From a bacterium (GTDB lineage Bacteria; Zhuqueibacterota; Zhuqueibacteria; Oceanimicrobiales; Oceanimicrobiaceae): a DNA stretch of 17,193 nt. The notes beneath the pieces were generated by a model that was not told where the DNA came from, did not search any database, and saw only the letters and a program-made list of their open reading frames with translations. The stretch is taken from the NCBI GenBank assembly GCA_046757025.1, contig JBHHXN010000116.1, forward strand, positions 1-17,193, in the 5' to 3' direction. Both the position numbers and the translations under genes were made by a program. Of the stretch, positions 8,824-17,193 are shown in pieces. How positions within the stretch are numbered: position 1 is the first letter of the stretch; the number at the start of each line of letters is the position of its first letter.

Positions 8824-9037
8824 TAGTGATTGAACGAAAACTATTAATAAAGTTGTCATTGCGAGTCCCGCGGTGTGTGCGAGACGAAGCAATCTCATAC
8901 CGTGCCTAATAGTGAGATTGCTTTCCCGACAATCGGGACTTTCATGGACAGGTAACCTGTTCTGCTTTAGAAAAATGACGATAGGTCATCAAAAGCTCGC
9001 AATGACATGAATAATCGAGTTATCTTTCAGACACTAT
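8824..9037. mobile_element. Nested non-autonomous palindromic element, copy B
   Basis: Outer inverted repeat TAGTGATTGAACGAAAACT (8824-8842) / AGTTATCTTTCAGACACTA (15/19). Inner palindrome TGTCATTGCGAG (8854) ... CTCGCAATGACA (9007) with an AAGCAATCTCA/TGAGATTGCTT stem. Positions 8854-8898 match 7984-8028 at 41/45. Confidence 0.8.
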
Positions 9038-9069
9038 TTAAATACTCGTTTAACTGCAAATGAAAAGTT

Positions 9070-9118
9070 AAAATGAAAATCCCTCTTTCCACCGATGTTT
9101 GAATGGAAAGAGGGATTT
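9070..9118 (-). terminator. Intrinsic terminator of TBDR 9194..12577
   Basis: Perfect 15-bp stem AAATCCCTCTTTCCA (9077-9091) / TGGAAAGAGGGATTT (9104-9118), with a T-rich tail on the minus strand. Confidence 0.85.
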
Positions 9119-9193
9119 GAGATGGCCACATCAATTGAATTGTTGAAATTTAAATCCGCGTGACCTGGTTAATTGACGATGACAGCCATGTAA

Positions 9194-12100
9194 TCAATTG
9201 AAAAAATACCTAACGCCAAGCTGAATTTGCCAGCGTGAAAATTGGCTGGGATCATCGATAAAGGTTTTACCGTTTTCCGGGCCAACGTAGTTGAATTCAG
9301 GTGCGCCATCGTTGTTGAATCTCACAAATCTCAGCGGCGAGGTTGCAGAGCCCTGAGCCACTTTCCGAACACCCCAATCTGACTTCAGCAAATTGGCAAC
9401 ATTCAGAATATCAAGATTTGCCTGAAACGTATGTTTTCTGGTTCCAGTAGTGAACGAAAAATCTTGCAATATTCGCAAATCAATGTTTGTGAACCACGGA
9501 TTCACGCCGCCAAACCTCTCGGCAATTTGACCGCGATGTGAGCTCAAATAATTATCTTGCTCGATGAAAGAGTTGAGTGCCTGCCACTGTTCGTTGACGG
9601 ATTTGAAGAAATCACCGTTGCTGTCGGTTTCAGATAGTATTATTTCACTCTGGTTTCGCGGTATGTAAATCAGGTCGTTATTCGATGGGGAGGCATCGCC
9701 ATTGACGTCGCCCACATACGTATAGGAATATCGATTGCCGCCGGCCCCGGCAAAACGGTTGCCTTCGGCTGCTTCAAAAAACAAGCCAAAATGGGTTGTC
9801 AGGCTCTGAGACCATTTCTTGCTGTAGGTGGCGCCTCCGACAATTCGATGCCGCTGACCGAACTCCGAAAAGCCCAATTCAATGTCATTTGGATTACCCT
9901 GCACCGGAAGTTGCTGCCACAGCTCAAAGGCAATTTCGGTTGACTTGAGAATGCTTTTTGCCTGTGTAAAGGTGTAAGCCAGGGTTGTACTGAGCCCGGA
10001 GTCGAATTCCTTACGTAGTTGAGCTGTCAGGCTGTAATTGAATCCTTCGCTTCGGCTGTCAATTATATAAGCCCCACCCGAATGTGGAATGGTATCGCCA
10101 TTGACAACTGCAAACGGATTGAGACTTACACCGCCATAAAAAGGCCGTCCGTCGGGGCCAGGTAGATTTCGAATTTTTGGTCCTAAATCGCCATTGCGAA
10201 TAAATGGTGCATTGAGGTCTTTACTATAAAGGAACTCTAATGTTCCCAACAAGTCCCACGGCAATTTTTGATCAACCGCAATATTGCTAGTCCAGATCTG
10301 CGGCCATTTAAAGTCCGGGTCGATTGCATTTAGGAAAAAGGACTGCATCAGGATGGCATCGTCGCTGGTTTTATGCGAATCCGGTACTTCGTCGAGTGCC
10401 AGACCAGGAGTGCCTTCGCCACCTGGAAATAAATTTGGATTGTGTCCCGGATTCGAAATATTGTTTCCAATCCAAACAAACGGCGGCCGGCCAGTAAAGA
10501 TGCCTGTACCACCGCGCACCTGTGTCGAGCGATCGCCTTTGACATCCCAGTTGAAACCAACCCGTGGGGAAAACAGCGGTTTTACGTCCGGCAGGTCGCT
10601 CTGATCAATTGTTTCCGGATTGCCATTTTCATCTAAGAGATTCAAAGCCCTGGAAAAGGGATTGTCAACGGGGTCGGTAAAATACATGGGGAAATCGACC
10701 CGCAAGCCGTAAGTCAGGTTGAAATTTTCAGAAACCAAAAATTCGTCCTGAGCATATAGCGCCAGTTGCCCGACATCGATTTCTTCTCCCTTGAAAGGGC
10801 CTGAGCCGATGAAGGATCGGAGATCGATGCGATTGGCCGGATCGTAATCGGGGTGGTTTGGATCGGTACGTCGAAGGAAATTATCCAGTGACGCGAAAGT
10901 CGTCGCACCGATAAAATCCAGGAAACCGGCGCCGGGAGCCAGAAAATCCAAATCCCCGGGCGCCAGGAATACGCCGTGACGGAACAAGTTGAAAGAATTA
11001 AAGAAAGAAAACGATTCAAAAGTGGTACCGAATGTAAAAACATGTTTTCCTGAGAACAAACTAAAATTGTTTGTGATCTGCAAAACATCCTGATCCAAAA
11101 TGTTGTGGATGGAAAACGGCTCATGTCCTACAGTTGTGTAAGTTTGACCTCCCTCGCCGATCTCAATGGTGGGAAAGTCTTCGCTAAACGGTGTTCGATG
11201 GTCACGGAAACGATTGTAGCTGGCAAAAAAGCGATTGGCGAATCTGTTGCCGCGACTATTCACTTCCAGAGCAAAAGAATGCAGCTCGTTGTTTATGGTG
11301 TATCCTGAATTTTGGAAAGGCAAGCTGTTCTCATTTGGACCGCGCCCGGAACCCAGAAAACTTGCGGCAAAGGGATGAGGCGGAAGATCGCGCTCGGCGT
11401 CGAGAAAGTTGTATCGAAACGTCAGGTTGTTATTTTCATTTATATTCCAATCCAGCTTTAACAACAATTTGTTATTGTTTGTCTCGTGAACAAATCCCTG
11501 GTAGGGGCCGGTTTCGTAATTATAATTGTCACGAAGCACCTGGCTGATTCTATCCAGATCGGATGCCCGGACGCGCGATTCACCAAATTCCAGTGTACCG
11601 TCGTTGTTTGCGACAAAATTTGTTCCCGGATCATCCCGGCGTTCCAATTCACCATTAACAAAAAAGAATAGTTTGTCTCGGATGAGTGGGCCGCTGAGTG
11701 TGAAGCCGGATTGATTGAAAGAAAGGCTCGGGTCAGCGATGACTTTATTGCCGCGAACGCTGTTTCCAATGAAACTTTCATTGCGACCAAAAGTGTAGGC
11801 AGATGCTTTAAATTCATTGGTACCGCTCTTGGTTACCGTATTGACATTGGCGCCGGTAAATCCCCCTTGACGCACGTCAAATGGCGCCACCGAAACCTGG
11901 ACTTCTGCTACGGCATCGAAGGGAACGGGCTCGGCATTTGATTGACCTCCCGGGGCCGGATCGTCCAAACCAAATGGGTTGTTGAAATAAGAACCGTCCA
12001 CAGAGATGTTATTGTACAACCAGTTTCTACCTCCGAAACTAAAATTACCGTCACTTCGGGGATCGATTCTGGTGAGATCACGCGTGCTGCGTTTGATAGA

Positions 12101-12577
12101 AGGCATTTGTGTGACCTGATTCTCATCCACATAAGTAGCGGCACCGGTTCGACCGCTATTCAATACTTTGTCCTGCTCCGCCACAACCTGAATTGCATCC
12201 ATGGTGATGGCTTCTTCTATCATTTTAAAATCGAGCCTCACATTTTGCCCTAATCTGACAAAAACATTCTCTTCGGATTGGGTTTTGTAACCTATAAAGG
12301 TTACGGTCACGGTGTAGGGCCCACCGATGCGCATGTTGGGGATATTAAATGCCCCCCCTGTTCGGACGGCGGTGCCGTACTGCGTACCGCTTGGTTCGTG
12401 AGTGGCAACCACATTGGCCCCCGGTAATGGCTCGCCTTTGTTATCCATTACCAGGCCATTCATGGCGCCGGTCGTAACCCCCTGAGCAAACAGACTGCCT
12501 GATATCGTTGACAAAATGAAAAGAACAGGCAGCCAAAAGCTCATGTGGCTGATAATCTTGTTTGTTGGTTTGAACAT
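9194..12577 (-). CDS. Oar-like TonB-dependent receptor with carboxypeptidase-regulatory-like N-domain
   Basis: 1127 aa. Signal peptide ending AQG-VTTG; EPLPGANVVATHEPSGTQY; NNISVDG; PFDVRQGGFTGANVNTVTKSGTN; LYAQDE; SPRVGFNWD; terminal strand WQIQLGVRYFFN; SD AAGGAGG. Confidence 0.95.
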   Translation of the reverse strand: MFKPTNKIISHMSFWLPVLFILSTISGSLFAQGVTTGAMNGLVMDNKGEPLPGANVVATHEPSGTQYGTAVRTGGAFNIPNMRIGGPYTVTVTFIGYKTQSEENVFVRLGQNVRLDFKMIEEAITMDAIQVVAEQDKVLNSGRTGAATYVDENQVTQMPSIKRSTRDLTRIDPRSDGNFSFGGRNWLYNNISVDGSYFNNPFGLDDPAPGGQSNAEPVPFDAVAEVQVSVAPFDVRQGGFTGANVNTVTKSGTNEFKASAYTFGRNESFIGNSVRGNKVIADPSLSFNQSGFTLSGPLIRDKLFFFVNGELERRDDPGTNFVANNDGTLEFGESRVRASDLDRISQVLRDNYNYETGPYQGFVHETNNNKLLLKLDWNINENNNLTFRYNFLDAERDLPPHPFAASFLGSGRGPNENSLPFQNSGYTINNELHSFALEVNSRGNRFANRFFASYNRFRDHRTPFSEDFPTIEIGEGGQTYTTVGHEPFSIHNILDQDVLQITNNFSLFSGKHVFTFGTTFESFSFFNSFNLFRHGVFLAPGDLDFLAPGAGFLDFIGATTFASLDNFLRRTDPNHPDYDPANRIDLRSFIGSGPFKGEEIDVGQLALYAQDEFLVSENFNLTYGLRVDFPMYFTDPVDNPFSRALNLLDENGNPETIDQSDLPDVKPLFSPRVGFNWDVKGDRSTQVRGGTGIFTGRPPFVWIGNNISNPGHNPNLFPGGEGTPGLALDEVPDSHKTSDDAILMQSFFLNAIDPDFKWPQIWTSNIAVDQKLPWDLLGTLEFLYSKDLNAPFIRNGDLGPKIRNLPGPDGRPFYGGVSLNPFAVVNGDTIPHSGGAYIIDSRSEGFNYSLTAQLRKEFDSGLSTTLAYTFTQAKSILKSTEIAFELWQQLPVQGNPNDIELGFSEFGQRHRIVGGATYSKKWSQSLTTHFGLFFEAAEGNRFAGAGGNRYSYTYVGDVNGDASPSNNDLIYIPRNQSEIILSETDSNGDFFKSVNEQWQALNSFIEQDNYLSSHRGQIAERFGGVNPWFTNIDLRILQDFSFTTGTRKHTFQANLDILNVANLLKSDWGVRKVAQGSATSPLRFVRFNNDGAPEFNYVGPENGKTFIDDPSQFSRWQIQLGVRYFFN

Positions 12578-12721
12578 AAATCCCTCCTTAATTAATAATG
12601 ATTTAATTTATTGATAGAAAATAGAACTCGAATGAATAATTTGTCTTGAAAGTGCGTGGTTGAAGGATTAAATTGAGATGCATTGAATATTTGCCAGCAG
12701 ATAAGGGATTTTGACGGAGTC

Positions 12722-12750
12722 AAGCTAAAAAATTAAACAGTCATTGTCAA
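12722..12750 (-). promoter_or_regulatory. Sigma-70 promoter of the Oar-like TBDR
   Basis: Minus strand TTGACA (12750-12745), 17 nt, TAGCTT (12727-12722), with A-tracts upstream. Confidence 0.7.
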
Positions 12751-12821
12751 GGCATTTTTTTAACATATTTTAACATTTTCTATTTGAAATCCCTCGATTG
12801 ATCGCAATCAGGTTGCGTGGT

Positions 12822-13547
12822 TCAGGTATGATTCATGACGATGTTCACAATGTTTTGCGGTACCTTCGCGTCAAAATCGGCGTGAAATTTCCAATTGACC
12901 TGGTCTGCATGCGAACCATAAAGCGCCGCAATGGAAAGGATTTGAATATCCTGCTGATTTTTTGTAATCACCTCTCGTGCCCTCAACGCACACTGGATGT
13001 CAACCTCGTGGTCGCCAATGAAAAACACTTTCGCCGGACGGGGTCCAATCAATTCATTAACACACATCAGCAAACCATCTGGCTCGGGCTTCTGCTTTTT
13101 TAAGTCCACTTCTTCGTAACCAATGATGATTTGAAAATATTCTGCTAAACCATTTTTTTGAAGAGCCATCGCAATGCTGCTGCGAGCGTTCTGGGAGACG
13201 ATACCTTGCGGAAATTGTTTAAGCGCATTCAGGACATCTTTGATGCCATGCATAACTGGCGTGGGAGTTTCATCGTTTAACTGGAATTCACTCCAGAGTT
13301 TGCCGGCCTCATCAATTTTTTCATCTTTTAATCCATATTCTTTTTCATACAGATCACGCCAATTGGTCGCGCGTTTATTGGCCGCGTCGTAGCTTGCAAT
13401 ATCGCTCAGTGCTGGAAATTCATGGCTGTCTTTGCCGGTGATATTTTTGATAATTTTTTTTGCAACGTTAAAATTTTTTTGTCGCGTATCCACCAGAGTG
13501 CCATCGTAGTCCCAGATAATTGCGGTTGCAATTTGATTAGACCTCAT
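12822..13547 (-). CDS. HAD-superfamily hydrolase (phosphoglycolate-phosphatase-like, subfamily IA)
   Basis: 241 aa. Motif I WDYDGTLVDT, motif II IVSQN, motif III KPEPD, motif IV FIGDHEVDI. Confidence 0.92.
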   Translation of the reverse strand: MRSNQIATAIIWDYDGTLVDTRQKNFNVAKKIIKNITGKDSHEFPALSDIASYDAANKRATNWRDLYEKEYGLKDEKIDEAGKLWSEFQLNDETPTPVMHGIKDVLNALKQFPQGIVSQNARSSIAMALQKNGLAEYFQIIIGYEEVDLKKQKPEPDGLLMCVNELIGPRPAKVFFIGDHEVDIQCALRAREVITKNQQDIQILSIAALYGSHADQVNWKFHADFDAKVPQNIVNIVMNHT

Positions 13548-13627
13548 AGAGTCCCGCCATTTGTTTTATGTACAAGAGGGAATTGGAGAAGAATAAAACT
13601 TATTGACTCCCAACTGATTCTTTTGAC

Positions 13628-13704
13628 ATTTAATCCCAGCGCTGAACCACGAGCACACAGGCAGGGAGCCGCGCGCGCAGTTGGGTCAAGTGCCTTGGTC
13701 AGCC
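13628..13704 (-). other. Degenerate attC-like site
   Basis: Minus strand GGCTGAC-CAAG-GCACTTGACCC ... GGTTCAGCGC-TGGG-ATTAAAT. R''/L''/L'/R'-like layout with one extra base in L'', but both core sites deviate from consensus. Confidence 0.3.
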
Positions 13705-13992
13705 GCGCGTCAGCGTCGCGCGGAACTAACCATTTACAGGTTCAAATAGCCCACCAAATCAGAAACGATACAGGGGGATTTTACACAAAATTTGAATATC
13801 GAATTTTTCTTCAAAATAACCTTTTTCTTATTTAATGGCAAGCATTAAGTGTGCACACGCTGCATTCTGCAAAATCCGTTTTGATTTTCATGTTACATTT
13901 TCCTTGCAAGTTTCAGTTGGCATGTGTAAAATTCAGGGTCAGAAACCGGCTGGCAATTCCAATTTAAATTGCCATAGCCCGAGGTGGAATTT

Positions 13993-16071
13993 ATGAAGGC
14001 ACGCCAATTGCGAAATATAATTCCGTTGCTGGGAACGCTGCTGTTGATTTCTCGATCTTTTGCAGGAGAGATCCTCGTACAGTTTCCCCAGCCGCTGAGT
14101 CCCAGAATTGCCAATTACGCCATCGAGGTACGTCTCGACACAGAACAACGCCTGCTGCAAGGTAAGCAATTGCTCATTTGGTACAACCGATCTGCCGACC
14201 GTATCAATGAGCTGCAGTTTCATCTTTATCTCAACGCCTTTCGCAATGCCCACTCCACGTACATGAAAGAATCCCGCGGCAACCGACGAAGAATCCGTTT
14301 TGCGAAAGAACGCCAGGGCTATTCCGATGTACACAAAATCGAGCTTATTTACGGAGACGCGTTGCAAGGTGATCAGCCTTGGCTGCTTCCAGATGAGTTC
14401 GACTTGCTGAAGGCACCGCGGCATGATGTGACTCACTCAATGCAGTTCATTCAACCCGACGACAACAATGCGGCAGACAGCACGGTTTTCCGCATCTCTC
14501 TGCCGAAACATCTGGCGCCCGGTGAGCGCATCCTGGTGTTGATGGAATTCACCGCGCAACTGCCGACTCCGCCGTTCGAAAGAACCGGTGCCAAAGAAGA
14601 ATTTTTTTTCGTTGCGCAGTGGTTTCCCAAAGTTGGCGTGTTTCTCGACGGGCAGTGGAACACCCACCAATTTCACGTCAATTCGGAATTCTTCGCCGAC
14701 TTTGGGGTTTACAACGTCCATATAACGGTGCCGGAGGATTTTATCGTCGGCGCCACCGGCGTAGAAGTGGACGTACAGTCGAACCTCGATGGCACACGTA
14801 CGCATTTTTACCACGCGGAAGATGTGCACGATTTTGCCTGGACTGCCAGCCCGGAATTTTTGGAGTTTAACCAGCAGGTACAGGATGTGACCGTGCGCCT
14901 GCTGATTCAGCCGGATCACGTGGAACAGGCGCAGCGCCACCTACAGGCGGCTAAAGTTGCCATTGAATATTTTCAAAAATGGTACGGGGATTATCCCTTT
15001 CCCAATCTCACCATCGTCGATCCCCGCCGCGGGGCACGAGGCGCAGGCGGTATGGAGTATCCCACTTTGATCGCGTCGCACACCGAATACGGCGTTTCAC
15101 AAAGCAATCGCGCCCTTGAGCACGTCATCATTCACGAATTTGGCCACAATTACTGGTACCATCTTCTGGCTTCCAATGAGTTTGAAGAGAGCTGGCTGGA
15201 CGAAGGTATCACTACCTACACGGATATACAAATCATGAACGATGCTTATGGACCCGTTGGCGATCGATTGGATTTCGGAGAGGTCAAACTCAACTTTTTG
15301 CAAATGGAACGCTTTTTCTATGCGATGTTCCCACAATTGGATCCGATCATGCGCAAATCGTGGCAGTATGAAACCAGCATCAGTTATGCGGTCAATTCCT
15401 ATTCTAAACCAGCGCTGGTATTGAGCACCCTGCACAACTATCTCGGCCGGGAAGTCATGCATAAAATCATGCGCTCCTATGTTCAACGCTGGCGTTTTAA
15501 GCATCCCAAAAGTCAGGATTTCTTTGACATCGTCAACGAGGTTTCAGGGCAGGATTTGACCTGGTTTTTCCAGCAGGCCTTTTACTCCACCGCGATTCTG
15601 GACTACGGTGTGGAGCGCGTTTCTTCAATCGCTCTGAATGCCGCCCGGGACCCGGAAACGGCTTCAGGTGAAAAGGATTCAACCAACCGACAGATAGCCG
15701 ATTCGTTAAATCGCTCAAATCAGCCTGAACGGTTTGAAAGCGAAGTGGTAGTGCGCCGACTCGGAGAATTTCATTTTCCAGTTGAGCTGAAAGCGGTATT
15801 TGCTGACGGCGATACCGTTCGAGCAATTTGGGACGGCCGGGAGGCCTGGAAAAAGTTTCGATTCCAGAAATCCGCGCCCATCGTTTACGCCACGGTGGAC
15901 CCAGATCGAAAAATTCCACTGGATTTCAATTTTAGCAACAACAGTTGGACGATGAAATCCCAATCCACTAGCATGAACAAATTGACGGCGCGGTTTATGT
16001 TCTGGATGCAATCCCTGCTCGATCAGCCAGAGCTGGTGAATTTCTTCACCATGCCGCTCGGTCTGTTTTAA
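13993..16071 (+). CDS. Exported M1-family zinc metallo-aminopeptidase
   Basis: GGMEYP exopeptidase motif; HEFGH-x18-E (WLDEG); catalytic-Tyr region SYSKP; N-domain HLYLNAF, QWFPK and HDFAW; signal peptide. ATG 13993 chosen because GAGGTG (13981-13986) forms its SD. Confidence 0.95.
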   Translation: MKARQLRNIIPLLGTLLLISRSFAGEILVQFPQPLSPRIANYAIEVRLDTEQRLLQGKQLLIWYNRSADRINELQFHLYLNAFRNAHSTYMKESRGNRRRIRFAKERQGYSDVHKIELIYGDALQGDQPWLLPDEFDLLKAPRHDVTHSMQFIQPDDNNAADSTVFRISLPKHLAPGERILVLMEFTAQLPTPPFERTGAKEEFFFVAQWFPKVGVFLDGQWNTHQFHVNSEFFADFGVYNVHITVPEDFIVGATGVEVDVQSNLDGTRTHFYHAEDVHDFAWTASPEFLEFNQQVQDVTVRLLIQPDHVEQAQRHLQAAKVAIEYFQKWYGDYPFPNLTIVDPRRGARGAGGMEYPTLIASHTEYGVSQSNRALEHVIIHEFGHNYWYHLLASNEFEESWLDEGITTYTDIQIMNDAYGPVGDRLDFGEVKLNFLQMERFFYAMFPQLDPIMRKSWQYETSISYAVNSYSKPALVLSTLHNYLGREVMHKIMRSYVQRWRFKHPKSQDFFDIVNEVSGQDLTWFFQQAFYSTAILDYGVERVSSIALNAARDPETASGEKDSTNRQIADSLNRSNQPERFESEVVVRRLGEFHFPVELKAVFADGDTVRAIWDGREAWKKFRFQKSAPIVYATVDPDRKIPLDFNFSNNSWTMKSQSTSMNKLTARFMFWMQSLLDQPELVNFFTMPLGLF

Positions 16072-16217
16072 GGGCATCTGACTGTTTGATAGTCGCCGTG
16101 CAGTAGCACGGATTCAGGAAGCATCCAAATCGTTGCGAGAATTGACCGGTTTCACATGATGGCAACATAATTTCAAGCTGAGCAGGGTTTATTAAAATAG
16201 GAAAACATGACAGGAGC

Positions 16218-17147
16218 ATGATTATCACCAGTTTCAAATCCGGCCTTTCTCTGATGTGGCAAAACAAACGCTTAGTGTGGATCTATTTTTCTGTGAATTT
16301 TGGGCTGACGTTGCTGATCGCGCTGCCCCTGAGAACAACGTTGAGCGATTTTGCCGGCCACAGTCTCATGACCGCTGAAACGGCACGACGATTAGATTTG
16401 GATTTTCTTTTCGAATTTTTCAAATATAATAAAAATTTTCACTACGGCTTTTTGATACTGGTCGTGCTCATTTTTAGCGGCTACTGGATGTTTAATTTGT
16501 TTTTGTCCGGCGGCGTCATGGCGGTTTTTGCGAAACGGCAGCCCTACTCGCCGGCCCTCTTCTGGGGCCAGGCCGCCCGATTTTTTGGCCGGTTTTTTCG
16601 ATTATTGCTGTTAGGCATCCCTTTGTTTGCCTTGTTGTTTTCGCTGCAGTTTTTGGTGACGGCGGTGGAAAGAACTCTATTTGGCCGCGATCCGTATGAA
16701 TACATAACTTACTGGGGCGATTGGCTGCGATTCGCTTTGCGAGGTTTAATTTTGCTGCTTTTTGGCATGATTCTGGATTATGCCCGCATCCATCTGGTGT
16801 TCTCCGATGGCCAGTATGCCAGTGTGGCTCTCTGGCAGGCTATGAAGTTGGTTTTTCGTAAAATTGTCCGCACCTTGGGCCTGAAATTGGCTTTGGTTGC
16901 AGGCGGGTTGCTGGCGCTGGGTGTGTATCTGCTCATTGCCAGTTGGCTGTCCGCACCGTACGCTGTGGTGGCGGGATTGCTGTTTTTGTGGCAGCAAACG
17001 TACCTGTTTTTCCGCATGATGCTGCGCCTCACTTTGTATGCCAGCGAAATACAATTGTATGTGAAGCTCACTGCCGAAAGCCAACCGACGATTGTGACCT
17101 TTACCGGTGAAATGGACTCCGAAGGGCTGCTGCCGGACTATTCCTAA
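16218..17147 (+). CDS. Uncharacterised polytopic membrane protein (about 6 TM segments)
   Basis: 309 aa. Several hydrophobic helices with Arg-rich amphipathic linkers (ARFFGRFFRL, DYARI); SD CAGGAG; co-oriented 146 nt after the M1 gene. Confidence 0.85.
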   Translation: MIITSFKSGLSLMWQNKRLVWIYFSVNFGLTLLIALPLRTTLSDFAGHSLMTAETARRLDLDFLFEFFKYNKNFHYGFLILVVLIFSGYWMFNLFLSGGVMAVFAKRQPYSPALFWGQAARFFGRFFRLLLLGIPLFALLFSLQFLVTAVERTLFGRDPYEYITYWGDWLRFALRGLILLLFGMILDYARIHLVFSDGQYASVALWQAMKLVFRKIVRTLGLKLALVAGGLLALGVYLLIASWLSAPYAVVAGLLFLWQQTYLFFRMMLRLTLYASEIQLYVKLTAESQPTIVTFTGEMDSEGLLPDYS

Positions 17148-17152
17148 TGCAG

Positions 17153-17188
17153 CGAAAAGCCGCAAACCGAAAAGCGAAATTCGCAAAA
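17153..17188 (+). repeat. Degenerate heptamer tandem repeat
   Basis: CGAAAAG-C-CGCAAAC-CGAAAAG-CGAAATT-CGCAAAA directly after the stop codon. Confidence 0.55.
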
Positions 17189-17193
17189 AGGAA

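Noticed and set aside
7984..8898. CRISPR interpretation of the 45-bp repeats
   Set aside because: Only two copies, 870 bp apart, palindromic-element structure, and no cas genes.
8737..9007. Moco riboswitch upstream of mog
   Set aside because: The structure is explained by the repeat element, which also occurs downstream of the gene.
13422..13835. 137-aa plus-strand ORF
   Set aside because: Overlaps the HAD start in antisense, runs through palindromic DNA, and has no recognisable motif.
560..17186. Numerous 60-206 aa ORFs nested in or antisense to the main genes (e.g. 1194..1814, 6010..6495, 13939..14436, 14437..14940, 16746..17186)
   Set aside because: Shadow ORFs of well-supported CDSs, with no motifs of their own.

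Overview
Bacterial chromosomal window with seven credible CDSs. On the minus strand lie two unrelated TonB-dependent receptors, a large secreted S8 subtilase with a C-terminal NYPNPFN (FlgD-Ig / T9SS type A-like) domain, a MogA/MoaB-family Moco protein and a HAD hydrolase. On the plus strand lie an M1 metallopeptidase and a polytopic membrane protein. The NYPNPFN tail together with strong Shine-Dalgarno use suggests an FCB-related, non-Bacteroidota lineage such as KSB1 or Calditrichota (inference only). The most informative signals are non-coding: (i) a consensus sigma-54 promoter about 600 nt upstream of the first TBDR, with a long leader holding inverted repeats and two SD-led micro-ORFs; (ii) two nested palindromic/MITE-like elements flanking the mog gene, plus an orphan matching terminal repeat about 9 kb away; (iii) a degenerate attC-like site upstream of the HAD gene. 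I found no rRNA, tRNA, CRISPR array, transposase or integrase. I cannot support a wholly new multi-gene system from this sequence alone; the findings are hypotheses.
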